Assembly: GCF_964194155.1 (NCBI RefSeq) | Contig: NC_135899.1 | Span: 2,790,001 to 2,854,000, forward strand | DNA: 64,000 nt | Source: Cetorhinus maximus | Lineage: Eukaryota | Reading direction: 5' to 3' | Shown here: in pieces, positions 11,472 through 24,149 of the stretch | How positions within the stretch are numbered: the stretch's first letter is position 1 | Layout of the letters: each line of letters starts with the position of its first letter | The notes under the pieces: generated by a model | What the model saw: only the letters and a program-made list of their open reading frames with translations | The model's database searches: none | Told to the model about the DNA's origin: nothing | Translations under genes and position numbers: made by a program

Positions 11472-12020
11472 TTTTTTATTCATTGTTGGGATGTGGGCCT
11501 CGCCAGCATTTATTGCCCATCCCTAATTACCCTTGAGAAGGTGGTGGTGAGCTGCCTTCTTGAACCGTTGCAGTCCATGTAGCATAGGCTGTTAATGCTG
11601 TTAGGGAGAGAGTTCCAGGATTTTGACCCAGTGACAGTGAAGGAACGGTGATATATTTGCAAGTCAGGATGGTGAGTGACTTGGAGGGGAACTTCAAGGT
11701 GGTGGTGTTCCCATGTGCTCTTGCCCTTCTAGATGGTAGTTGTCGTGGGTTTGGAAGGTGCTGTCAAAGGACCCCTGGTGAATGTCTGCAGTGCATCTTG
11801 GAGGTGGCATACACTGCTGCTACTGTGCATCGGTGGTGGAGGGAGTGAGTGGATGTGGTGCCAATCAAGCAGAAGCGAATGTGTGAGCACATTGGAGTGA
11901 GCACTGCCACAATGTGTAGACGGAGAATGGGTGCTGCAGCTCTTAAAGGGTCACTGCGCCTAAAGTGCTCATTTTTCACGTTCCCTGCTTTGTCCTGGAT
12001 GGCATCAAGTGACTTGAATT
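11472..12020 (-). mobile_element. 3' fragment of the second LINE family (same as 52301-54825)
   Basis: Reverse-complement match to 54300-54825. Confidence 0.75.
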
Positions 12021-14404
12021 AAGAAGGGTTCCAGGGAGGTAGAATTTCAAACAGGTGCTGGCTGAGATGGTGTCGGCTTCTCACGATCACACTCGCCCTC
12101 TTCACTTAATTACCGTTCTCAGCCATCGGAACGTCGTGTCAAAAACCAAGAGCCAGAGGGAAATAAAAAGGACCTTTGCACCAAACTTCAGTAAATCTTA
12201 AAAGCCAGCGTGTGTTAGAAAAAAAAAAGAGCTACGTTGACCAACAGCAGTAACCAAAATCGACATGCTAGATGGGGTTTTATTTTTAAAAGTAACAATT
12301 CAAAACCTGAAAACTTTGTGGCAAATCTTCATGTTCCTGGAACTATTAGGCTGCATGGGGTAGAAATTCATCCAGTGGTATCACATGGTTCGCCTGTTGG
12401 AGTTCCTGTCCGATATCCAGATCCAATAGAGTCAAACGAACTGAATATGGGGTGGGAAGTGTAACAGGCAGCAAGTGTAGTACTATCCAATATCATTTTT
12501 TACCTCCTTGGGTGGAAGGGATACAATGAAAATTGCTTTAAGCAGGACTGCACGCCCGTAACTGAGTACAGTAAAAACTTCAAGAAACCCTTATGTTGAT
12601 GTCCCTAACAAGGGCCAAAAATTAAGCAGAAACAGAGCGAAATAAAAATGAGTTGCACTTGCATTTGTATGGACTCCAACGCTAAGGAGTAGTAATCTAA
12701 ATTTGCTGGATTCGGCAGGGTCGCTTCATATATTCCGAATATGTCAGCACATTGGAGTGAGCACTGCCGCAATGTGTAGGAAAATGGTGCTGCAGCCCTT
12801 AAAGGACCGCTGCGCCTAAAGTACTGATTTTTCGCTTTCACTGTTGTGGCCACTGGGCCTGATGGAGCTGGTGGAACTACAATCTTCACTGAACAAAGCC
12901 TGGGTGAGTGTTAGAAAGTTAAACCGAAGGAAATGTGGCCCCCCAAACTGAACCATTCTGCAGCTAGTATTGCAGAAATTGCAAAACAAAGTCCTGAAAA
13001 AATTCAGCAGCATCTGTGGAGAGGGAAAGAGAGTCAATGTTTCGAATCCAATATGACTCTTTCTCTTCTCACAGAATCTGCCAGATCTGCTGAGTTTTTC
13101 TAGCGCTTATTGTTTTTACTGCAGTTTTCCAGCCTCCGCAGTATTTTGTTTTTTATTAAGCCAGTGTTGCAGAAGCTGGTTATCCGTGTAAATGCAGACT
13201 ACCTGGGTAGAAAGAGGATGAAGTTCCCTTCAATGGCGAAGCGTGCCAAGTTAGGGTAGATTGAAGGGCACACACTTAAATGGAAATACTGCATATACCA
13301 TGCATGCCAACAATGAGCCCGCATTGTGCTGCTACAACAGGAATGTAGCTCAAAAGCACATGCCTGCTCATCACCTCATTACCATGGCTGTAAAACTATT
13401 TACAAAGGTTTGGAAACAGAAGCCGTGTTTTTTGTTGGGGTTCATCCCAAGAGCTCAATAACGCAGGACTCTGTGCTCTACGGGTTGTTCCCAGTGTCAC
13501 ACACCAAGGCAACTGTTTGTTTTTGAACAGGGTTCGGGTAGTCAAATTACTTTTGTCCCTTTTCCCAAACTTTGAAATGATTTGTAGTGATAACCCTTAT
13601 TGGTGACTGTGGTTATATGTTATTCAGTATAAATAATAGCTGACACATGTTAATGTCTGAGCAGTAGTAATATCAAAGTGCAGCAGTATTACCATTACAC
13701 TCCTGGGTATAAGCATGGTCTCCGCATAAACACTCCCTGGTCTGCTCCAGATGTCATGGCGCCAATCAATGCAAAATGTAAAAGCTCTACAAATCTCTGT
13801 GCTCAGGGAACCCCTTATTGCACTTTTTTTTAACATAAGAAAGTCTATGGAGACTGATTTGATCCATCTTTGCCTAGCCTTCATTTGAGCAGACCAAATA
13901 CAAAACCTGTCATTGAAACATCTGTGCCCATTCAAGCCATGTCAAGCTTTCAAACAATTGGCTCCCCACGCTCCATCCCTGGCACAGGGATTCAGCATTC
14001 CCATGGCAAGCAGTGAATTCATGGTGACCTTGGCATCCAGGTGTCTTGTCTCGAATTCAAGGCATTATTGTTTTGTCCATCCTCTCGGAACTGTTGATCT
14101 ACCTGTTCCCACATAGCAAGTCCCAGTTCTGTTGATTTCTGCTGAGTTTTGCTCCCTTCTTACATCTTTCAGATCAATGCAACATTTGCTCAATGAAGGC
14201 CCAAAGTACAATTTCCCATTTTGTCACCTGTCAATCGTCCTTACCCAAAGGATGATCACAACAGGAATAAAGTGTAACAATAAAATTAAACATAAATGTA
14301 CAGCCAGTCACACCATATAATTTAGTGTTTGTTAATTTGCAAGAAAACTCGAAGTATGGGTCACCCAAGATACTTACACAAACATCAACTGCTGCTGAAA
14401 AATA

Positions 14405-14775
14405 TCAACTCAGTGAAAGGCACTCTTTGGTCTGCCTGAAATGTGTAAGTCTTCCAGCACAAAGAACTGTTCTTGAACAAGTGTTGCAGACTGGCACATT
14501 CCAAGATCCAGGACAACATGCTGAGGGGCACACTAAAGTTTGGGGCAAAGGCTCAATGGGGAAAAAGAACACTGCACAAAGCTCTCCCCCCATAGTACGC
14601 CAAAGGGCTGAAACCCATGTAAAACCACCTGGGCTGTACAAGTATAGTGAGGCACCTCAGAATGCCACATAATATATTGAAATAAGTTAAACAATATTGC
14701 ACTTTATGCAATGTCAAAAATTCATCTCTTATGTCATGTACTTCTACAAATTTTATCAATAAAGTTCATGTTTGT
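14405..14775 (+). mobile_element. Old Tx1/L1-clade 3' end; further piece at about 13420-13510
   Basis: Homologous to the reverse complement of 28565-29100. Confidence 0.6.
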
Positions 14776-16650
14776 GAAACAGTAGCTGCAGCTTGTTGGT
14801 TACTATAGGAAAGGTTTTCTTCAATATACAGAATGATACATACTATGTTACCTACTGTCTATGAATCGTCCAGTTACCTGAATACACTGTTATTGTCCTT
14901 CCACTAAAGACAAAATATAAGCTGGATAAGAGGGAACTGCACGTTAGGTCCAAATTTCAAAACCATCCATTTGATCTTAAGTTAAAAAATGATTGGGAGA
15001 TGATAGAGGACCTATGTCAAACTGCTCACTGTGAGGTGTTCAACCACCAAATTATTTGGGTAGGTTCAACAAAGGGAGAGTTGGTGTCTTCATTGCAGCC
15101 AATTAATGTAGATGTATTCTTCTACGCCTTCTGAACAATCTTTCATACTCCATGAGTCACATGCAAGCCTATCTAACCCACGTAGTAAATGATTGTGCAC
15201 AGTGTCGGAATGTACTGTTAACTGTCTGTTTGTGCACGTGCACAGCTATTTGCTGCATTCTACCTGTTACAGCTGATTTACCTCTTTGTGTAGGGGATGA
15301 ACTAGTGGAAGCATCTGTCTCTGGGGTTGGGCAGGAGGCAGTGGACTATCACATGATCTCTTTGTCAAGAATCCTTCAGCACACATGATCCAGCACAGAA
15401 ATATCAGGACAGTTTTCTGGCCCTGTGGTTCATTTGGATAGCAGGGGAGAAAGCTTGTCCTTTAATAAGCTCATTTTCCAACAACTAATTTCAATATGAC
15501 TGGTGCTCAGACACAGCCGTATGATTCCTTAATCACTATGTTAGGGGGTTGATGCTTAGATGTATTCTCAGAGCTTTTAAATACCTCCGCTTTTGAAAGG
15601 AGAAAGAAGACTTCCACCTTGCACTACCTCAGGACATCCCAAAGCATTTTACAGCCAATGCAGTAATGCACTTTTGAAGGGCAGTCACTGTTATAATGTA
15701 GATAATAGAGCAGCCAATTTATGTAAGTAAACTCCCACAAACAGCAACGTGACAACGGCTCCAAACTCTGCTTAACTGATGTTGGTTGAAGGGTAAATAA
15801 ATATTGACCGGAATGCTCGTGAGAACTTCAATGCTCACCTTCAAAATAACGCAATGGGATCTTTGATGCCTACCTGAAGGAAGCAGTCAGGTTTAACATC
15901 TATAGGCCCTTTAAAAAGCTGTAACCGAACTCCAATGGTGATGCAATGATATATTGAACACAAGAATGCTTGGTCTGAATCTATCCCTTTCTGACTAATA
16001 GCCTGCAGCTTGAAAGAAATCAGCAGAAACACTTTTGTAAGGTTACATCATGAACTGAGAAAACCTGTACACTTCATTGTTTATTTTTTAAACAGATGCC
16101 ATGGTGCTAAGATATAATTATGCTTCACAAAAAGAAAATTACATATTTAGAATTGTACTTTTCACATTTCAAGATGTCCCAAAGCACCTTGCAGTCACTG
16201 AATTATTTTTAAAAATGTAGTCACTGTTGTAGGAAAATTTGCCAGTCAAAGTACCCTCAGCAAAGTCCTATAAGCAACAATCTAATCCATGCCCAGATCA
16301 TCTATTTCAGTGAGGGTTGCAGAGGGAAAATTGATAGGCAGAACACTGGGAGGTGTGGACTACTCTTCATGGAATAGTAGCTTAGGATAATTTATCCATT
16401 CCCAAGACAGGGCCTCAGTTTAATGCTTCATCTGAAAGGTAACACCACCTCAGCCTGAAGTGATGCTTGCATCCACAACCTCCTGACTCAGATCTCAAAG
16501 TGTCTCCACTGACACCTAAGTTTTATAAACAGAAGCAACTTATGAGCATTTCCCTATTATTCAGAGCTCACTGTGGATAATGGTGATGTTCAAATTGTAG
16601 AATAAGAGGTATTAAACTGAACTGATCTGAGCTGGATGATCAATATTAAG

Positions 16651-17040
16651 GGGAGATGGTGGCGTTATGGTAATGTCACTGGGCTAGTAATCCAGAGGCC
16701 CAGGCTAATGCTCTGGGGACAAGGATTCAAATCCCACCACAGCAGCTGGTGGAATTTGAATTCAAGTTACAACCTGGAATATAAAGCTAGTCTCAGCAAT
16801 GTGACCATGAAACCATTGTCGATTGTTGTAAAAACCCACCTGGTTCTCTAATGTCCTTCAGGGAAGGAAATCTGCTGCTCTGACCTGGTCTGGCCTACAG
16901 GTGACTCCAGACCCACAGCAATGTGGTTGATTCTTAACTGCCCTCTGAAATGGTGTGGTGAGCCAAGGGCAATTAGTGCTGGGCAACAAATGCTGGCCTT
17001 GCCAGTGACACCCACATCCCATGAAGGGATAAAAGAAAAA
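16651..17040 (+). mobile_element. Full-length tRNA-derived SINE
   Basis: A box TGGCGTTATGG, B box GGATTCAAATCCC, LINE-derived tail ..CCCACATCCCATGAA, A-rich end; copies at 32980-33360 (-) and 59735-61700 (split). Confidence 0.8.
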
Positions 17041-17489
17041 ATTAGGGAAGTATATCATGACATTTTCAGAACTTGAAACTGCATGATTTAACATTTCTAA
17101 TCGGCTCACCCAAGAACACATTCAAGGTTTTTGCTTTTTGATGTATTTAATTTATTTTAATCAAATAGAAAATCTTAAGACATGGGAATCACATTTTCTA
17201 AATTTTTATTTTGATAGTAAAACAGTAAAAAGTTTTGAAGAGTAGATGAAAATCACTGGATATCATTTGTTCAAAATCTCTGACTGTAATGGCACAACCT
17301 GAAGACGAGGCTCAACTGTGTTCATGTGTCGGGGTTTTAACGACACATTTTAAAGTTCAGCACTAGAATGAGAAGGCATAGTTCTGGGATAAGATTGCCG
17401 TCTTCCTTCCATATGGATTGGTGTGCTCCTGGAGAGCAAGGTGCGAGGAATCGTGCTGGCAGAGGAACAAAGTTTGACAATTTTTAACA

Positions 17490-18058
17490 ATTAATTTACA
17501 GGATATGGTTGTTGCTAACTAGGCTAGCATTTATTATTAACCCCTAATTGCCCTTGAGAAGGTGGTGCTGATCTGCCTTCTTGAACCACTGCAGTCCATG
17601 TGGTGTAGGTACACCCACAGTGCCGTTAGGGAGGAACTTCCAGGATTTTGCCCCAGCGACAATGACTAGTTGGCCAAGGTCGCATTTTGGACGTGTTGTC
17701 AAAGGAGTCTTGGTGAATTCCTGCAGTGCATCTTATAAATGGTACACACTGCTGCTACTGTGCACCGGTGGTGGAGGGAGCGAATGTATGTGGATGGGGT
17801 GCCAATCAAGCAGGGCTGCTTTGTCCTGGATCGTGTTGAGCTTCTTGAGTGTTGTGGGAGCTGCACTCATCCAGGTAAGTGGGGAGTATTCCATCACATT
17901 CCTGACTTGTGTCTTGTAGATGGTGGACAGGCTTTGGGGAGACAGGAGGTGAGTTACTCACCACAGGATTCCCAGCCTCTGACCTGCTCTTGTAGCCACA
18001 GTATTTATATGGCTGATCCAGTTCAGTTTCTGGTCAATGGTAACCCCCAGGATGTTGG
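17490..18058 (-). mobile_element. Second LINE family fragment
   Basis: Reverse-complement match to 54150-54820; ends about 170 bp upstream of the H1 gene C promoter elements. Confidence 0.75.
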
Positions 18059-18231
18059 CTTGCCGCTTTGGGCCGGCTGGAACGGGCTGCTGAGCGAGAA
18101 TGGCAATCGGGCTTTGTGGCCGGCCAGTGGTTTGGAGGTTGCTGGCCGAGGTGGGGTTCGGAGACGGGGCAGACGGATGGTGCAGGGCGCCCGGGTAGGG
18201 AATGAAACGGATCCCTCGAAATGTCAGAGAG

Positions 18232-18332
18232 AAACACGCACAAGGGCAGGGGGCGGGGCCAAAGGGGCGGCGGCGGCGGCTGCGGCTGCGCGGCGGTTTG
18301 TCTCGCCCGCGTCCTCCTTACACCTATATAAA
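18232..18332 (+). promoter_or_regulatory. H1 gene C promoter
   Basis: AAACACG (H1-box variant) at 18232, GC box GGGGCGGGG at about 18250, TATATAAA 18325-18332. Confidence 0.75.
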
Positions 18333-18381
18333 TAGCTGCTGCCGCCCCGCGGGCTCATTGTTGCGACGCTGCCGCCTGTTG

Positions 18382-19035
18382 ATGGCTGAGGTTGTTGTAC
18401 CTGATCAGGTGGACGTGCCACCTCCGCCGCCCATGATGGTGACGACGGCGACGCCGCCGGCCGTTGCCGCTGGCAGCGCCTACACCCTCCTCGCACCCTC
18501 CATTCCCGCGCCTGTCGACCCAGCTTCCCCGGTGCCGCCGCCGCCCCTCCCCACTGCCGCCGTCGCCAAGAAGAAGAACACTTACCGTCCGCAGAAAGCG
18601 GCCACCGTCGGCACGGTGGCCGAGCACATCCTGGAAGCCGTGGCCGCCACCAAGGAACGCCGGGCCCCCGCCGCCCTGGCCGCCAGGCAGAAAAACGTCT
18701 CGGCCGCCGCTTACGACGTGGAGGGGGCCGGCGTCCCGCCCGTGCACCCGACCGTCAAGGCGCCCACCAGCAAAGGGCCGTCGACGCTAGGCGAAGGCGG
18801 CCCGGCTCCTCTCCAAAGCGGCACCGCGCCAGAGGCGGAGGGAGGGATGCAGAAGAAACCCGGAAGTAGAAAAAGGTCTCCTCCGAGGGCGACATCGGCG
18901 GCCAGAAAGCCGCATAAAAACTCCAAGGGGCTGAAAACGCTCAGACGGTCGGCGACCAAGCCGAAAAAAGCCCCCAAGCGGCCGGCAACGTGCAGGCCTG
19001 TGGGGCGTAAGCGGGTGGCGGGGAAGAGGAGGTAG
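18382..19035 (+). CDS. H1-derived protein C with Pro-rich N terminus and degenerate globular domain (217 aa)
   Basis: Helix 1 TVAEHILEAVAATKERR and AYDV retained; helix 3/wing diverged; basic tail; ORF intact with TATA and stem-loop. Confidence 0.8.
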   Translation: MAEVVVPDQVDVPPPPPMMVTTATPPAVAAGSAYTLLAPSIPAPVDPASPVPPPPLPTAAVAKKKNTYRPQKAATVGTVAEHILEAVAATKERRAPAALAARQKNVSAAAYDVEGAGVPPVHPTVKAPTSKGPSTLGEGGPAPLQSGTAPEAEGGMQKKPGSRKRSPPRATSAARKPHKNSKGLKTLRRSATKPKKAPKRPATCRPVGRKRVAGKRR

Positions 19036-19077
19036 AGGCACAAACAAGGAGCGGAGAGAAAGATGTGAAACATAAAA

Positions 19078-19093
19078 GGCTCTTTTCAGAACC
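19078..19093 (+). terminator. Histone stem-loop with one stem mismatch
   Basis: GGCTCTTTTCAGAACC (C3.A14 mismatch), HDE-like AAAGAATTGG. Confidence 0.85.
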
Positions 19094-19794
19094 ACTTACA
19101 TTTCCATAAAAGAATTGGCTAAAAGTTCTCGATCTCAGCTGGAGCGGAGTTTGTGAAATGGATTTAGTTATTTATGAAATTTCCGTCACTGCCTTTGTGA
19201 CGCAATTTAAACATTTACCTGTAGTGCCGAAGACTTACTTTTAAATGGGTCACAAAACAAAATAAATGTAAGCTGATGCTCCTTACTTTGCTGCAGATCT
19301 TGTGCTGATTTTGTTACCCCCGGGGCGAGCTGACGCCTCGTTCACAGTCGGCCTGTCGGGTACAGGGGCCACAAATGATGGGTTAAAAAAAAACCTAAAC
19401 AAGAGACATTTTGTTCCTCACACTGATCTTGAATTGATAAACACACAAATGCATAGGGTAGATAAGCAAAATACTACAATGACTCAGTTCCAATGAAAGG
19501 TCAGCACCTGAAACATTAAATCTTTCTAACTGATATTGTCAGACCCGCTCAGCAATTCCAGCAATTTCCGTTAGCATTGCTGACTTCATTTAAAATGCAC
19601 GTAAACTTAAGGATTTAAGAAGCATTCACTATGTAGTGGCTTAAAATTAAGAGATAATGCTCGAAATTCACAGCTGATAAGACAAGATTAAACCTGTGCT
19701 GAACCCATAAGGAGGTTTCGAGGCGCTTTCTGTGAAAAATCTTCCATGGGCGTCGCTTCTAAAGATGAGAAACAACATTTTAACAAAACAAGGA

Positions 19795-20592
19795 GTGTGA
19801 GGTCATACATTTAGGGAGGTCAAACACTTACAGGGATTACACAATAAATGGGAATATTCTAAGAGGGGTAGGTGAAGTGAGAGATCATGGCATACAAGTA
19901 CACAGGTCCCTGAAGGCAGCAGTTCAAGTAGACAAGGTTGTAAAGAAGGATATGGAATGCTCTCCTTCATTGGCAGAGGTATAGAATATAACAGTAAGGA
20001 TGTAATGTTGGAATTGTATAAAACACTGGTGAGGCCACAACTGGAGTATTGTGTGCAGTTCTGGTCACCACATTACAGGAAGGACGTAATAGCTCTGGAG
20101 AGAGTACAGAGGAGATTTACAAGAATGTTGCCAGTGTTAGAAAAGTGTAGCTACGAGGAGAGATTGGATAGGTTGCGGTTATTTTCCTTAGAAAAAAGAA
20201 GGCTGAGAGGTGACTTGATTGAGGTGTTCAAAATTATGAGGGGAATAGATAGAGTGGACAGGATAAAATTGTTTCCCTTGATGGAGAATTCTAGAACCAG
20301 GGGTCATAGATTCAAGATAAGTGGCTGAAGGTGTAGCGGGGACATGAGGAAAAACTTTTTTACGCAGAGGGTAGTGGGTGTCTGGAATTTGCTGCCCAAG
20401 TTGGTGGTAGAGGCAGAAACTCTAAACTCTTTTAAAAAGTACCTGGATCTGCACCTTAAGTGCTGTAAGCTGCAGGGCTATGGGCCGGCTGCAGGAAGGT
20501 GGGATTAGAAAGGGCACCTGGGTGTCCTCAGGCTGGCATGAAAAAATGGGCCGAATGGCCTCCTTCTGTGCTGTAACTTTTCTATGGTTCTA
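19795..20592 (+). mobile_element. CR1 LINE 3' fragment
   Basis: ORF2 C terminus LYKTLVRPQLEYCVQFWSPHYRKD..; TTCTATGGTTCTA tail. Confidence 0.9.
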
Positions 20593-20698
20593 ACAGAGGG
20601 GGACTTTGTGGGAGGGGGGAGGTCAAAGGTCACCTACCTCACGCTCTGCTGCCCGAGCTTTGCGGAACTGTAGGAACAAACCACCCGACCCGCCCTTC

Positions 20699-20821
20699 TG
20701 ATTGGCCCAGGCCGCCGAGCGAGGCATAACAACCTGTAACGGGATTGGCTAAAAGCGGAACATTGGCCAATAGGAAAATCCATCACTCCAATTCCTCATT
20801 AGCATAGGGTCCCTATATATA
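20699..20821 (+). promoter_or_regulatory. H2B-1 promoter
   Basis: Several CCAAT/ATTGG boxes, octamer variant ATTAGCAT 20798-20805, TATATATA 20814-20821. Confidence 0.8.
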
Positions 20822-20874
20822 TGAGGCGGACGCCGCACCTTTCATGTGACTTGTGTTGGTCCGAGTTGAGTGCA

Positions 20875-21261
20875 ATGCCTGACTTGGCGGCTGCGACGAA
20901 GGGCGGTGCGTCCCGCAAGGCGTCGAAACAGTCGCTGATTAAAGTCACCAAGAAGCCGCCCAAGAAGCGAAGAAAATCTCGCAAGCAGAGCTATTCCATC
21001 TACGTGTACAGGGTGCTGACCCAGGTCCACCCTTCCACCAGGATCTCGTCCAAGGCCATGAGCGTCATGAATTCCTTCGTTGTCGACATTTTCGAGCGCA
21101 TCGCTTCCGAGGCGTCGCACCTCATCCACTACAACAAGCGCCGCACCATTTCGGCCCGGGAGATCCAGAGCGCCGTCCGCCTCATGCTGCCGGGGGAACT
21201 GGCCAAACACGCCGTCTCCGAAGGCACCAAAGCGGTCACCAAGTACACCAACTCCGTTTAG
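20875..21261 (+). CDS. H2B: Divergent histone H2B variant 1 (128 aa)
   Basis: Histone fold [36 protein letters not shown]; intronless. Confidence 0.96.
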   Translation: MPDLAAATKGGASRKASKQSLIKVTKKPPKKRRKSRKQSYSIYVYRVLTQVHPSTRISSKAMSVMNSFVVDIFERIASEASHLIHYNKRRTISAREIQSAVRLMLPGELAKHAVSEGTKAVTKYTNSV

Positions 21262-21301
21262 GAAGACGATTCTAAAGATTATGAAAAAACAAAATAACAA
21301 C

Positions 21302-21317
21302 GGCTCTTTTAAGAGCC
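21302..21317 (+). terminator. Histone stem-loop
   Basis: GGCTCTTTTAAGAGCC plus AAAGGGGCT. Confidence 0.95.
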
Positions 21318-23049
21318 AGATACATAAACAAAGGGGCTAAATTCAAACAAGCTGTCGGCGCTAAACACACAGTTGTACAAGTTCAATCGGCCGTAGTTTC
21401 AAGTGACAAGTTCAACACACAAGTCGGGGCCCAAAAGGCCGATGCTGGTGTAGACGCACCGCAGTCGCCTCTTTCCATCAATATAATACCCCTTGCTCAT
21501 TTGTTCGTCTAGGTGCACCTTAAATTTCACCTGCGAGGTGTCAGGTGTGGCTCAGTCCATAGCACCCTCGCCTTTGAATCAGAAGGTTGTGGGTTCATGT
21601 CCCGGAAACCAAGAACTGTGATTGTACTCGAAAGAGTTGCAATCTGTGACTGTAGGTAACTCGGAAGAGTTTTTTTTTAAAAACTTCACCTGCATCTATA
21701 TCTGCCTAAAGTGGGACTGGCTTCCAGGTTAAAACAAATAATCGTTTCCCCGAGGGCCATGTCACAACTTATGATGTCCCCGCTGTTACAATATTAGCCA
21801 CTCCACCTTTAAAGCGTTTTAAAATCAACTGCTTTCTACATTAAAACCGCAGGAGAAGTCGCCGTTTCGGCTATTTCACAGATCTATCCGCTTAATCCCT
21901 CGGTCGTGATTTTTTTCTTTTGCCCCTTTTCAAGCAGATATCCGAATAGAAAGTCACGATTACATTTGTATCCACAAATTTGTACCAAACAGTTCATTCC
22001 GGATCATTTAAAAAAAAAATACCAAACTCCTGTCAGTTTCCCCTTCGCCAATTAACTTAAAATCCGTCTGGAGAATGTTGTTTCCTCCCTCCTGTGAAGT
22101 TACATCAGGTGACGAATGTTAAAAGGGCGAACGAGATGCTCATTTGTGCGACTTAACCCTTGGTTCAAATCCACAGTGAAATTCTGGTCCTGGTAACCAG
22201 CTAACATGGGGAAGCTGAATTTGCCTCTAAACCCGGCTCCCGAATTTTGTCACCGTTGTTTGAAAAAAGGCCAAGTCCTTCCAGGCCGCAATGTTAAGGC
22301 TTTATTTCTCACATAAGAACGACTGGAGTCAAATTAAAGCTCTTTTTTTTTAAAGCCAGCATTTTTAATTAATCGACCATTCTTGATGCCAACAAAAACT
22401 GCTCTGGTGGGTTCTGTTTGTGTGAAACGCTGAAAAACCGGCTTAACCCCGTTGCCTGCCTTTGAGCCTTTGGAGACCTTGTCACCCAAGACTAGAGATA
22501 CCATAGAGAACCTGTTTTGAGTGTAATGATGGTCAAAATAGGTAATTGTACAACCATTTGGTTGCATTGATTAGTGACTGGGTTAATGCAATAATACGCT
22601 CAGCAAATACAACATTGAAGTGACTGACCGAACAAGGCACTGTCTCAATCACCTGAGCTAACTGAGAAATTCCAGATTGTATTGATGAAGTGAATGTTTT
22701 CACATACTTTTGAAGAACTGTACTGCTGCCTGCCACTCGGAGAGGGGAATTGCGACAATTTGCGGAATTTGCATCAAAGTAATACTGAGTGAATATTAGG
22801 AATCGAGGAAGTTGCAGGTTGACAGAGTATGTGTGAGGCACGGAGTGCTATCTTTGTTACCCTGTTTTGGAAAAACAGGAGAAACGAGACTACACACAAT
22901 AGTCGCAAAGGGTATAATTACAAGGAGGGATTAACACAAACAACCTGTCCGAAGAAGAGTCATGTTGGACTCCAAGCTCTAACTCAGTTTCTCTCTCTCC
23001 ACAGATGCTGCCAGACCGGCTGCGTTTGTCCAGCACTTTCTGTTCTTAT

Positions 23050-23990
23050 TACACAAACTAGGGTTGTATTCATTCCCTGGGTTTTGGAAGGTTAAGCCTG
23101 AATTGATCAAAGCTTTCAAAATATTATGGGGATCAAATAAGGTAGACTGGGAGAAGCTATTTCTGCTAATTGCGGAGTGAAACGTAAAGGGAGGTTTTTC
23201 AGGAGTGAAACTGACAAGCAGAAGTTCGTAGAAGCTTGGAACTCTATTTCACAAACGGGAATTGATAATGCATCAATTGTTAATTTCAAAACTGAGATTG
23301 ATAAGGCTTTTGTCAACCAATGGGCAAAGGTTGCAGGTCAACCATGTTTTCAGTGAATTTAAGAACAGGCCCCAGGAGCTAAATGTCCTCCTGCTCTTGC
23401 GTTTCTAGGAGCCATCGAGTACAAAAGCAATAAAGTTATGATAAACCTGTATAAAACACTGGTTCGGCCTCAGCTGGAGTATTGCATCCAGTTCTAGGCA
23501 CAAAACTTTAGGAAGGATGTGAAGGCATTGGAGAGAATGCAGAAAAGATTCATGAGAACAATTCAGGAATGAGGAACTTCAGTTACGTGGATACATTGGA
23601 GAAGTTGGGACTGTTCTCCTTGGAGAAGAAAATGTTTCTTGGAGAATTGTTGGACATGTTCAAAATCATGAGGGGTCTAGGCTGAGTAAATAGTGAGAAA
23701 CTGTCCCCATTGGTGGAATACTCCAGATGCAGAGAGCACCAATTTAAGCTGATTGGCAAAAGAAGACATAAGGAAAAATGAATTACGCAGCAACTGCTTA
23801 GGGTCCGGAATGCAGTGCCTGAGAGTGCTGGGGGCAGATTCAGTTAAGGTTTACAAAAAAGAATTGGATAATTCTCAGAAGAGAAAACATTGGCAGGGTT
23901 AAGGGGAGTGAGGCTAGGTGAGTTGTTCTTGGAGAGAGCCAGAGCAGTCATGATGGGCCAAGTGACCTCTTTATGTTGATTCCATGATGG
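23050..23990 (+). mobile_element. Two old CR1 3' fragments
   Basis: Decayed LYKTLVRPQLEYCIQF and 3' UTR. Confidence 0.7.
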
Positions 23991-24149
23991 TAGGTGGATG
24001 CATCCAATCAGTAATAAAAACTAAATAAATAACAAATTGAAACAAAAAGTGATTGCATTGTTGCCTCCCCACTGTTTGTACTATTAATTATTAAAGTCAT
24101 TAGTGGCCTTTCAATACGTAACTATTGTATATATATCATGTATATCATA

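Noticed and set aside
16651-16745. tRNA gene candidates (also about 21545 and 62730-62810)
   Set aside because: SINE heads: A/B boxes without a complete cloverleaf; the 16651 and 62730-62810 heads run on into SINE bodies, 21545 is an isolated head fragment
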